Virus record (IMG/VR): IMGVR_UViG_3300037424_000169
Span: 1-60,890 of that record
DNA length: 60,890 bases
Reading direction: 5' to 3' (one strand)
From: a virus
Lineage: Duplodnaviria; Caudoviricetes
Shown piece by piece: positions 38,142-46,019 of the stretch. Below the pieces are notes generated by a model that worked only from the letters and a program-made list of their open reading frames with translations, searched no databases and had not been told where the DNA came from. Position numbers and translations under genes: made by a program. Within the stretch, counting starts at the first letter, position 1. The number at the start of each line of letters is the position of its first letter.

Positions 38142-38515
38142 TATCTATTATCACCACTTCCGCTAAGCTTATTACGTTCTTGCCTAGATGCTAACTTAGC
38201 TAAATTAGCCGTAGCTACATAATTTAAATCTTTGCCTAATTCCTTAGCGGCAGCAGCAATATACCAAAGCTGATCTCCTAATTCTAAAATCATTAAATGT
38301 CTTTTTTCTTCTGATAAAATTCCGCCTTCGTCACGCATAACCTTACCAACTTTTTCTGCAAGTTCACCAGCTTCTCCATTCAATTTCAAAGTTATATAAA
38401 TTAAACCATTGAATGTCCCTTGGCCAGGGTAGATAGCAGTTGTAATGGCTGCTTTTTGATAACCATTTAAAGTGGTGATATCGTCTAAATCAACATGCAG
38501 CTTAGATGTGTTCAT
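38141..38515 (-). CDS. MazG-like nucleotide pyrophosphohydrolase
   Basis: GEAGELAEK...LELGDQLWY...N..KL..R. Confidence 0.9.
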   Translation of the reverse strand: MNTSKLHVDLDDITTLNGYQKAAITTAIYPGQGTFNGLIYITLKLNGEAGELAEKVGKVMRDEGGILSEEKRHLMILELGDQLWYIAAAAKELGKDLNYVATANLAKLASRQERNKLSGSGDNR

Positions 38516-38556
38516 TTTTTAATTTCCTTTAAAAAGGTATCCATTCATCATCTTCA

Positions 38557-39018
38557 TCATATTTTAGATTTTTCTAAATATAAAGCTAAGCTTCTCAAAA
38601 TTTCAGGATTATCTTTAGCATGCCCTAATGCTCTGTTACAACTATCACAAATCCAACCTCTAAATTTATTTTCATTATGGCAATGATCGAAACAAATCTT
38701 ACCGGGTTGATTGCAAACTTCACATAAATCGGACTTAGGTCTGCCTGCAATTTCTTCTAACTTTTTCTTATTATAAACTTTAACTTTGTCTCTAAGCTTT
38801 TGTAATTTTTCTGGATTTTCATTTTTAAGTCTATGATAACTTTTTACGTTATGTTCTCTTATATGTTCTTTAGTCCTAGATTTGTTATATTTAATTGATC
38901 TTTCTTTTTGTCTCTTAATTTTTTCTTCATCGGACATACGTTTTCTATTTGGATACTTCTTTTTAATTTTAGGTAATTCGACATTTTCTAAAATTTTATA
39001 CACTAGAAGGGTATCCAC
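38557..39018 (-). CDS. endonuclease VII-like HNH endonuclease
   Basis: CEVC...FDHCH..FRGWICDSCN. Confidence 0.88.
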   Translation of the reverse strand: MDTLLVYKILENVELPKIKKKYPNRKRMSDEEKIKRQKERSIKYNKSRTKEHIREHNVKSYHRLKNENPEKLQKLRDKVKVYNKKKLEEIAGRPKSDLCEVCNQPGKICFDHCHNENKFRGWICDSCNRALGHAKDNPEILRSLALYLEKSKI

Positions 39019-39239
39019 TCGTCATCTGTATATTCTAGGCAACCAAATGCTATAATTTCCGCTGGTGGTCTAAGATTATATAATTTACAAAGTTCTGTTT
39101 TTAAGTCAAAATGATCGCAACGAACACAAGTTTTATATGGATAGTTACCAACCATTTCTAAAACTCTCATAGCAGCATTAGAAGCTGCTGAAGAAATTTC
39201 TAGTTTAGCTTCTTCTCTAAGAGTTGGTTTAGCTTTCAT
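39003..39239 (-). CDS. small Cys-rich protein
   Basis: CxxC...C...C, ends IPF. Confidence 0.6.
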   Translation of the reverse strand: MKAKPTLREEAKLEISSAASNAAMRVLEMVGNYPYKTCVRCDHFDLKTELCKLYNLRPPAEIIAFGCLEYTDDEWIPF

Positions 39240-39475
39240 TTTGATATCTGTATTTCTATATAGAGTTGTCTTTCATCATCTTGGCTAAATGTAGCATGAC
39301 TTCCTGTAGGTTTGTCTTTTAAAGCTTTATCTAATTCATAAGAACCACCGATATCATGAGCATAAAATGGAGGTAACGCTAATTCTGAATTTGTAAAGGG
39401 TTTGGCAGCTTCATCTAAAGCTTGCCTAAAAGCTAACCATTTAGCTTGAAACTTAGCAGAGACATTTACTCTCAA
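39236..39475 (-). CDS. hypothetical protein
   Basis: ORF overlapping both neighbours. Confidence 0.5.
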   Translation of the reverse strand: MRVNVSAKFQAKWLAFRQALDEAAKPFTNSELALPPFYAHDIGGSYELDKALKDKPTGSHATFSQDDERQLYIEIQISK

Positions 39476-41067
39476 AACGCAATCTCCATTATCTCAGGAT
39501 TAGGTAACTTGTTAATCCATACTTTTACTGTCTTTGGTTTCTTTAAATGTTGCACATACCCCAAAGCATCTTCTACTGTTAAAGGTGGAGGAACTTGGCT
39601 ACGTTGTTTCCACCATTGATGAAAGAAATGTTTTCCAGGGCCTCTAGTAGATTGTGGGAACAGCCATTCTGTAAATGATCTTATACCAGTATGATACACA
39701 ACTTTCAAGCATGGAGTTGAAACTAAAGATTTTTGATGTTTATTATAAATAACTCGCGTCACATCAAATTCTTCATAGATCGGAATATCTGATTTTATAA
39801 GTTCTTGGTATCCAGCAGTCTTAGTAATTTTAATTTCAAAGCTAAATTCGCTCGCACAATGAGTACACGTTTTATTTTTAATATGATTGAATACGCCGCA
39901 GAAATCACAAACTTTTACAGGAACTTCTCCTACAGCATCACCCTTTTTACGTGGTATCATCGGATCGTTAATTGGCCCTAGACGCGGTGTATTGCGAGCA
40001 TAGTCCATTACTAAACAATCGCTCTTGCCATCAGCAGGTCTAGTACCACGTCCTAACATTTGTACCCATAAAGGTACAGACATAGTTGGCCTAAACATAC
40101 CAATGGCATCAATTTGAGGATGATTAAAGCCAGTGGTTAACTTTCCATAATTGACGATAGCCCTTAAACTAAAATCTTTGAATGCGCGAATAGCTTTATC
40201 ATTGTATTCAGACGATTGTTTGGAATGAACAGCAGCACAATCAATTCCCATTTGACCTAGCATTTCAGCTATATGTTCTGCATGGTCAATGCCGGATGCA
40301 AATAAAAGCCATGACCTTCTATTGTGAGAAGCTTCTATAAATTCTCTTAATCCTTCCCAAGTAACTTTAGCTACGTCAACGGCGTGTTGTAATTGTCCTT
40401 GGTTAAAGTCACCTTTTACCATACCTACATTGCTCACGTCCAATTCAATTTTAGTTCTTAAAGGTTTTAATGGAGCTAAATAGCCGTCTGCAATCAACTT
40501 ATTAAAATTTTCCATACTACATAGATCATGCACAATGTCAGTAAAAATTCCACCTTCTGTAATATATCCTTGGCCCATTCTAAAAGGTGTAGCAGTCATA
40601 CCTATTATTTTTAGATGTGGGTTAATCAGCTTCATGGTTGCGAGAAATGTCAAATACATACTCGCGTCATCTTGATTTATTAAGTGAGCTTCATCTATAA
40701 AAATAATATCTCTATGACCGAATAAATGAGGATTATTTTTAGCTGACTGAATACCTGCATAACAAATCGGCATTACTGGATTTTTTTCTTTTAAACCAGC
40801 ACTATAAATTCCCAATGGGGCATTAGACCATATTTCTTTTAATACTCCTGCATTTTGTTCAATCAATTCTTTAACATGAGTAGCTAAAAGAAATCTTTGC
40901 GTAGGCCAAATCTTCATTACGCTTTCAATAAAAATTGCAGGGACAATTGACTTACCTGTGCCGGTTGGCCAGCATAATAAAGGATTACCTGTATTACCAT
41001 CTTTAAAATAATCCCATAAAGCATTAAGACCGTCTTGCTGATATGGGCGTAGGGTTAGAGTGGTCAT
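39472..41067 (-). CDS. superfamily 2 DNA helicase with Zn ribbon
   Basis: LRPYQ, PTGTGKS, DEAH, TATP, LTTGFN, QMLGRGTR, two CxxC. Confidence 0.95.
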   Translation of the reverse strand: MTTLTLRPYQQDGLNALWDYFKDGNTGNPLLCWPTGTGKSIVPAIFIESVMKIWPTQRFLLATHVKELIEQNAGVLKEIWSNAPLGIYSAGLKEKNPVMPICYAGIQSAKNNPHLFGHRDIIFIDEAHLINQDDASMYLTFLATMKLINPHLKIIGMTATPFRMGQGYITEGGIFTDIVHDLCSMENFNKLIADGYLAPLKPLRTKIELDVSNVGMVKGDFNQGQLQHAVDVAKVTWEGLREFIEASHNRRSWLLFASGIDHAEHIAEMLGQMGIDCAAVHSKQSSEYNDKAIRAFKDFSLRAIVNYGKLTTGFNHPQIDAIGMFRPTMSVPLWVQMLGRGTRPADGKSDCLVMDYARNTPRLGPINDPMIPRKKGDAVGEVPVKVCDFCGVFNHIKNKTCTHCASEFSFEIKITKTAGYQELIKSDIPIYEEFDVTRVIYNKHQKSLVSTPCLKVVYHTGIRSFTEWLFPQSTRGPGKHFFHQWWKQRSQVPPPLTVEDALGYVQHLKKPKTVKVWINKLPNPEIMEIAF

Positions 41068-41507
41068 TTGTGGAGTGGTAAGTTTATATTTAATTCAGGG
41101 ATATGGATTTTTATAATTTCTAATCTATTATCCATAGGTGAATTATTTTCAATTTTGAGAACCGGCCTAGACATTCTAGCATACTCGCTAAACAGCAATC
41201 TAAGTTGCTGATCTGGGGATGCCATGAGTAATAAATTTAAATCTAATTGGATAGTAAAGACACCAGCCCTTCTGCTCTTAAGTGTTTTAAAAAGCTGTTC
41301 ATTTAAAATCTGAGCAATTTCGTTCTTTGCTTGCTCCATTCCATATTTTATAATATCTTCCCCAAGCTTAAACTCAATTTGATGATAATCATTGATAGCT
41401 TTTTCTTTTGCGCGACGTTCATTATTTAACGCTTTAATAACAGGAGCCTTAACTTCAGCTTCCCGCTGATCGCGTTCATTGCGGAGTTGGTCTAAGAGTT
41501 TACCCAT
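41064..41507 (-). CDS. hypothetical coiled-coil protein
   Basis: ATG after AAAGGA. Confidence 0.6.
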   Translation of the reverse strand: MGKLLDQLRNERDQREAEVKAPVIKALNNERRAKEKAINDYHQIEFKLGEDIIKYGMEQAKNEIAQILNEQLFKTLKSRRAGVFTIQLDLNLLLMASPDQQLRLLFSEYARMSRPVLKIENNSPMDNRLEIIKIHIPELNINLPLHK

Positions 41508-41508
41508 T

Positions 41509-42402
41509 TCAAACAATTCCTTTATATTGGTCGCAACCATCGGGAATGAAAGTCTTAGGTATAATATCTTTAAATTTTTCACAATGCCATTTACCATTAG
41601 CTATCGGGCTAGCAAACTCACAACTTCTACAATTCTTTTCTATTACTTCATTATGATGGCATATATCTTTATAATCACAAAATTTACAGACCCAATAACT
41701 TGGATTTTCATTAATTTTTTGTGGTGGCACCTTACTATAAATTATATCATTTGCTTTCTTCTCTAACTCAGCCCCCAAATTCCAATCAAGCTCAACAAAT
41801 TCAAAATACCATTCGTCTGTATTTTTATTAACAGCGCAATACAAACCATGTTTGATTTGAAATCCTTTACCATAGCCAGACATTTGTTTATAGTGTTGAG
41901 GCTTGGATTTCCGTAAACCCTTTTCTTTTAAATCGGCAAAGCTCTTATCACCATGCGTTTTATATTCGCAAATAATAGGCAGATCATCGCACCAGCGGAT
42001 TAAACAAATATCGTCAGTTGATCCACCATAATGACCGCCAACGCCAGAAATTCTAGATTGCTCACTCCCGTCTACACTTCTAAAACTAAAGCCTGCCCAC
42101 AATAAGAAAGCTTGGAACTGCTTTTCTTCTCTATGGCCACGTTGAAACAAGCGACGTATTCTAGGATCATGTTGAATTAATTTAACCCATCTAAATCCAT
42201 ACCAAATTTTTCTACTACAATCATCACCAATTATTGAAATACCTAAATGATCGCGGTGTTCTGAGGGCCATTTTTCTTTAGAATACTCAGCCGCGTATTC
42301 ATATAAACGTGATTGAATTTCATAGGCGTTTAGAGATGGTTTTGTATCGTCAATCATACGTGGTTGCCAGTGGCCGTTTTGATAGTCTAGGATTGTGGGC
42401 AT
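41509..42402 (-). CDS. PD-(D/E)XK Cas4-like exonuclease
   Basis: C.R..WY, GH..E, D...EYKT, Q...Y, C-terminal Cys cluster. Confidence 0.85.
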   Translation of the reverse strand: MPTILDYQNGHWQPRMIDDTKPSLNAYEIQSRLYEYAAEYSKEKWPSEHRDHLGISIIGDDCSRKIWYGFRWVKLIQHDPRIRRLFQRGHREEKQFQAFLLWAGFSFRSVDGSEQSRISGVGGHYGGSTDDICLIRWCDDLPIICEYKTHGDKSFADLKEKGLRKSKPQHYKQMSGYGKGFQIKHGLYCAVNKNTDEWYFEFVELDWNLGAELEKKANDIIYSKVPPQKINENPSYWVCKFCDYKDICHHNEVIEKNCRSCEFASPIANGKWHCEKFKDIIPKTFIPDGCDQYKGIV

Positions 42403-42621
42403 TTAAAATAGCTTATGAAAGACAATAGCCAACCCTATTATTACAGAACTTAAAATAATATGACCACCGAGTCTCAAAATATTAGCAGCTAATTTTATAA
42501 TGGATTGGTTATGGTCTATAAGGGAAAAACTTAGATTGGTTTCTAAAATTTCATTATGACGATTTTGAATATTTACAAATCGTTCAAACTTCTTTAAAAA
42601 CTCGCTGCTTTCTTCATTCAT
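42403..42621 (-). CDS. small membrane protein
   Basis: C-terminal TM segment; AAGGA RBS. Confidence 0.55.
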   Translation of the reverse strand: MNEESSEFLKKFERFVNIQNRHNEILETNLSFSLIDHNQSIIKLAANILRLGGHIILSSVIIGLAIVFHKLF

Positions 42622-42635
42622 ATTTATATTCCTTT

Positions 42636-42664
42636 AAAAATAGCGGGGGTAAAGCCCCGCTATT
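42636..42664 (-). terminator. intrinsic terminator after SSB gene
   Basis: AATAGCGGGG...CCCCGCTATT with U-tail on the minus strand. Confidence 0.7.
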
Positions 42665-42679
42665 AATTTTAAAAAATAG

Positions 42680-43318
42680 TTACTTCCCCCAAGGCGGGTT
42701 AGCAGCAGGAGCAGCACCGGGCTGCCAACCTTGAGCAGTCTGAGCAGGCTGTTGGGCAGCTTGAGCCGGTTGACCCCAACCACCTTGCTGAGCGGTCATA
42801 GGAGGTTGCTGGGGCGCTGGTGCAGGCTGTTGAGCAGGTTGAACAGCGGGAGCAGTACTAGACTTACCCGGTTCATTACCAGCTACATCATAATACTTTT
42901 TAATTTCAACGTAGCCGCCTTCTGGTTTTTCTGCGGTAGGTTCGTGACCTTTTTGATAACCAATTTCCATACGACCACGCGCACCACGCAATTCACGGGC
43001 AGCTTGATCGAAAATTGGCGTACCATCAGGATGTTTAGGATAAGTTAAACGGAACACATTGGTAGCATGACAGATAGCGGAAATTTGTTTATTAGCAATT
43101 TCAATTGCCTTGGCGCTTTCACCATCAACAATAAAGCGTTCCATATGGCGACCAGCCGGGGATTGAAATTCAATATGTAACATAAGGTGCTTATTGTTTT
43201 CACTTGGCTGTAGATAGGTATTACCAACTTGAAAATCAAACATGCCGCACGGATGGCTACCCATACCGCTAGGCTGTTGAGGTTGAACAGAACGTGCATC
43301 AAAATCTTGTAATCCCAT
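42680..43318 (-). CDS. single-stranded DNA-binding protein (DUF669-like)
   Basis: 'KAIEIA..QISAICHA' core, Q/P/A-rich tail ending PPWGK; near Sak4-like ATPase. Confidence 0.75.
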   Translation of the reverse strand: MGLQDFDARSVQPQQPSGMGSHPCGMFDFQVGNTYLQPSENNKHLMLHIEFQSPAGRHMERFIVDGESAKAIEIANKQISAICHATNVFRLTYPKHPDGTPIFDQAARELRGARGRMEIGYQKGHEPTAEKPEGGYVEIKKYYDVAGNEPGKSSTAPAVQPAQQPAPAPQQPPMTAQQGGWGQPAQAAQQPAQTAQGWQPGAAPAANPPWGK

Positions 43319-43322
43319 AGTG

Positions 43323-43478
43323 TTAATCCTTCTTTAAAATTTCAAGGGTGTGAGCTTCATCAGATACGATAATGTTGTATCCAAATAAAGTTAGCATCAT
43401 TTCTATTAAATTTAAAAGACTAGTTTTACCAGACCCTTGCGGACCTACGATACTTATTTTAAGTGGGCCTTTGATCAT
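43323..43478 (-). CDS. 51-aa mini P-loop protein (not in ORF track)
   Basis: MIKGPLKISIVGPQGSGKTSLLNLIEMMLTLFGYNIIVSDEAHTLEILKKD; TAATG coupling to upstream gene. Confidence 0.7.
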   Translation of the reverse strand: MIKGPLKISIVGPQGSGKTSLLNLIEMMLTLFGYNIIVSDEAHTLEILKKD

Positions 43479-43768
43479 TAACTTTCTTTTCCTTCTTTGT
43501 CAACAATTTCTCCTGATAAGCACCAATTAAAAATTTTGTCAGCAATATTTAAAAATTGAATTTCATCTTCTAAAGCTGCATTTTTAAATATTTCTACTGC
43601 TGCCATCAAACAATTTTGTCTTATGGCTACCATTCTGAAGTCCTGAGGGGGAAAGATAGCATCACCTTTTTCAATTGTCAGTGGTGAGCCATCGTTGATA
43701 TCACGCCCAAGACGTTTTAAAATTAATGATAGCTCGCTGTAGGTTTCATTAGAGACTTGAATTTTCAT
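43478..43768 (-). CDS. hypothetical protein
   Basis: coupled ORF. Confidence 0.6.
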   Translation of the reverse strand: MKIQVSNETYSELSLILKRLGRDINDGSPLTIEKGDAIFPPQDFRMVAIRQNCLMAAVEIFKNAALEDEIQFLNIADKIFNWCLSGEIVDKEGKES

Positions 43769-43959
43769 ACCGCGTCCTTTAAAATTTTAAGTCTCGTTTC
43801 ATTAAAAGTATGAAATAACAAGCGTGGCATTATATCCATATTTGTGGATAAAAACTCAACCGCTCTTTTATTACCAAATTCTTTTATTAAATTAGATTTT
43901 ACTTTTAGAGCTAACTCTGATAAATCTTTTTCTGATAATGGTAATGCTTCTTTCTTCAT
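43765..43959 (-). CDS. hypothetical protein
   Basis: coupled ORF. Confidence 0.55.
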   Translation of the reverse strand: MKKEALPLSEKDLSELALKVKSNLIKEFGNKRAVEFLSTNMDIMPRLLFHTFNETRLKILKDAV

Positions 43960-44663
43960 TACATCATAGCCTTTCGCACCAAAGCGCCAAAATCCGGTGG
44001 TTCAAATTCTAAAAGATTACCTGTACGATTACGCGCTATTTCATCAATTGACTGTAAGCAACGGAATGCTAAAGTATCACCGATATTATTATAAGGAATG
44101 CGATGAATAGCTAAGCGTAAAATTGCATCAAACATATGGGGAAGCTCAACCGGCAAATATTTACCTGGAAAAAATGGGCGAGTAGTTGAGATGCCGCTAA
44201 CTGTAATTGTTTCTTGTTTGGCAATACAATAAACATGCTTGTTTGCTAAATGATAAAGAGGCCGCATATGATCCATTACACATTTGGCCATTTCACCATA
44301 TGCAGCTTGGCCGTGAACTTTATTGCCAGCTTTAGAAGTACCATTTAAAATTGCAGTCAAATAAACTTCGCACATATGGCTACCACTATCAATACCTATT
44401 GTATCAAAATTTTTGGGTTCTGTGCTATGAAATAACCATTTAAAAAAATCATCTATATCGGATGGGGTATGAGCGTAACAAGTTGGTATGGTACTTCCTT
44501 TCATTGATAGCAAACCGGCTTCTGTGGCTAAAAGAATAGGTCTAGGCGCGGTGTTCAAAATCGGTGTTTTTGCCGATCCGGGGGGACCATATATAATACT
44601 TTTAAAACCAGAAGTTTTAGCAAAGCTACCGGCTGGTTTAAAATCTGAGTTAGAGAAAGTCAT
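43959..44663 (-). CDS. Sak4-like / AAA_24 recombination ATPase
   Basis: IIYGPPGSAKT, EAGLLS, IGIDS. Confidence 0.85.
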   Translation of the reverse strand: MTFSNSDFKPAGSFAKTSGFKSIIYGPPGSAKTPILNTAPRPILLATEAGLLSMKGSTIPTCYAHTPSDIDDFFKWLFHSTEPKNFDTIGIDSGSHMCEVYLTAILNGTSKAGNKVHGQAAYGEMAKCVMDHMRPLYHLANKHVYCIAKQETITVSGISTTRPFFPGKYLPVELPHMFDAILRLAIHRIPYNNIGDTLAFRCLQSIDEIARNRTGNLLEFEPPDFGALVRKAMM

Positions 44664-44679
44664 CGTATTCCTTCAAAAT

Positions 44680-44756
44680 TGGTCTGTGTGAAAGGATTTG
44701 AACCTTTGACCTTTCCGCTCCAAACGGAAAGCTCTACCAGACTGAGCTACACACAG
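44680..44756 (-). tRNA. tRNA-Pro(UGG)
   Basis: reverse complement CTGTGTGTAGCTCAGTCTGGTAGAGC...TTTGGAG...GGTTCAAATCC...CACACAGACCA. Confidence 0.95.
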
Positions 44757-44757
44757 T

Positions 44758-45039
44758 TTAAAAATACCTTGCCTTATATAAAGGCTTCCATTCTAAATCT
44801 TCTCTATAATTTTTATCTTTATAATCAGGTTCACTAATTAAACAAAATCCATTAATCATAACATAATACGCAAAAGGTTTATCTGTAGTTGATCGTACAG
44901 GACTTTCAAACAAAGGCCGCCAATCATATTTTAATAGTTTTTCAGTAGGCCATTGGCTTAAAAATTGAATACCGAAATCTTCATGCTCTGCATAAAAAGC
45001 AATCGGCTTATCTGATATGTAGGGCGCTTGTGCTTTCAT
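44758..45039 (-). CDS. hypothetical protein with internal duplication
   Basis: two DKP.A.Y...W.PL units. Confidence 0.6.
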   Translation of the reverse strand: MKAQAPYISDKPIAFYAEHEDFGIQFLSQWPTEKLLKYDWRPLFESPVRSTTDKPFAYYVMINGFCLISEPDYKDKNYREDLEWKPLYKARYF

Positions 45040-45560
45040 TTTTTCACCTTCGGCTCTTTCACAGTCAACGTAGGAGCAGCATCGGTAATTTCCAACATTA
45101 TCTCAGTTAGTTTTAAAATGCGTTTTGCATTCTCATTACCGCTTGCAGCATCTTCTTGAAGCTTGGTATATTCAGTCTTGAGAAAGTTGGGCGTCCAAGA
45201 TACAAGACGATCCGCAATGAACGGTCCCTCATTACCAACTTGAGCAATTTCCTGAAGTGTCTTTTCTACAATCTCATTATCAGCCAAACGATAGTTATAT
45301 TTTACAACAGCCTTCAACTCATAGCCGTTGCCAAGCTCTAATGTATTAGTGCCTTCGCTCTTAGAAGGAAACGCACGATTTACAATATATTTGCGAAGTT
45401 CCATTTCCTCTGCTTTTAAAGCAGCAAGATCGGCTTGCATCTTTTGATGCTTCATTAAAAGCTGGTCTTGACTTAAAGCGTCCAGGGGGTTTGATGGTTC
45501 GCTTTTACAAATTGGAGCGTCAACTTGAACAGACTTATCGTAGCTCGAAGACCAATTCAT
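45036..45560 (-). CDS. hypothetical coiled-coil protein of recombination module
   Basis: first gene of leftward operon; 'EGTNTLELGNGYELK'. Confidence 0.7.
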   Translation of the reverse strand: MNWSSSYDKSVQVDAPICKSEPSNPLDALSQDQLLMKHQKMQADLAALKAEEMELRKYIVNRAFPSKSEGTNTLELGNGYELKAVVKYNYRLADNEIVEKTLQEIAQVGNEGPFIADRLVSWTPNFLKTEYTKLQEDAASGNENAKRILKLTEIMLEITDAAPTLTVKEPKVKK

Positions 45561-45589
45561 TTTTCATTATCCATTTAAATTAAAAGTAA

Positions 45590-45713
45590 GGTGTTGAGAG
45601 AATGAGGGCTCAAACAGTGCAGCCTTGCACCTTTCCCGGATCACTGGACTACAGCAGTAGCAGCAATCATATTTGACCTAGGTTAATGGCGAGCGGTCAT
45701 CCTCTCAACAACC
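45590..45713 (-). ncRNA. candidate structured RNA / 5' leader
   Basis: 13-bp closing stem GTTGAGAGGATGA/TCATTCTCTCAAC with internal hairpins, starting right at the predicted TSS. Confidence 0.5.
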
Positions 45714-45716
45714 AGC

Positions 45717-45787
45717 ACCCTAGCACAGCAAAAAATCCTGTCAATAACTAATTGTCACTTGACGTTGTATTATTGGCGGCGTATCTG
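45717..45787. promoter_or_regulatory. divergent promoter pair
   Basis: minus TTGACA(45744-45739)-N16-TAGGGT; plus TTGACG(45759)-N17-TATCTG. Confidence 0.6.
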
Positions 45788-45817
45788 TGGAAAGAACGCG
45801 CTAAAAATTAGGGATAA

Positions 45818-46015
45818 ATGCCCACAATGGATTTGTATACAGAAACTTTAAAATTAATTCAGGACCGACCCGCAAAGCTGGAACTTATACAAATAGCCAA
45901 AGATTTGAAGATCAGTTATAGTTGGGTTTTAAAATTTCATAAAGATGAAATTAGAAATCCTTCTTACCGTACTCTTCAATCTTTACATGACTATTTGGTA
46001 AAGCACTCTATATAG
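45818..46015 (+). CDS. Cro/XRE-like HTH regulator
   Basis: 'IAKDLKISYSWV...IRNPSYRTLQSL'. Confidence 0.8.
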   Translation: MPTMDLYTETLKLIQDRPAKLELIQIAKDLKISYSWVLKFHKDEIRNPSYRTLQSLHDYLVKHSI

Positions 46016-46019
46016 CTTT

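Noticed and set aside
41509-42402. Cas4 as part of a CRISPR system
   Set aside because: It sits in a Sak4/SSB recombination module with no other cas genes or array.
45590-45713. 6S or SRP RNA identity
   Set aside because: Too short for typical 6S and lacks the SRP GGAA-loop motif; kept only as an unknown structured RNA.
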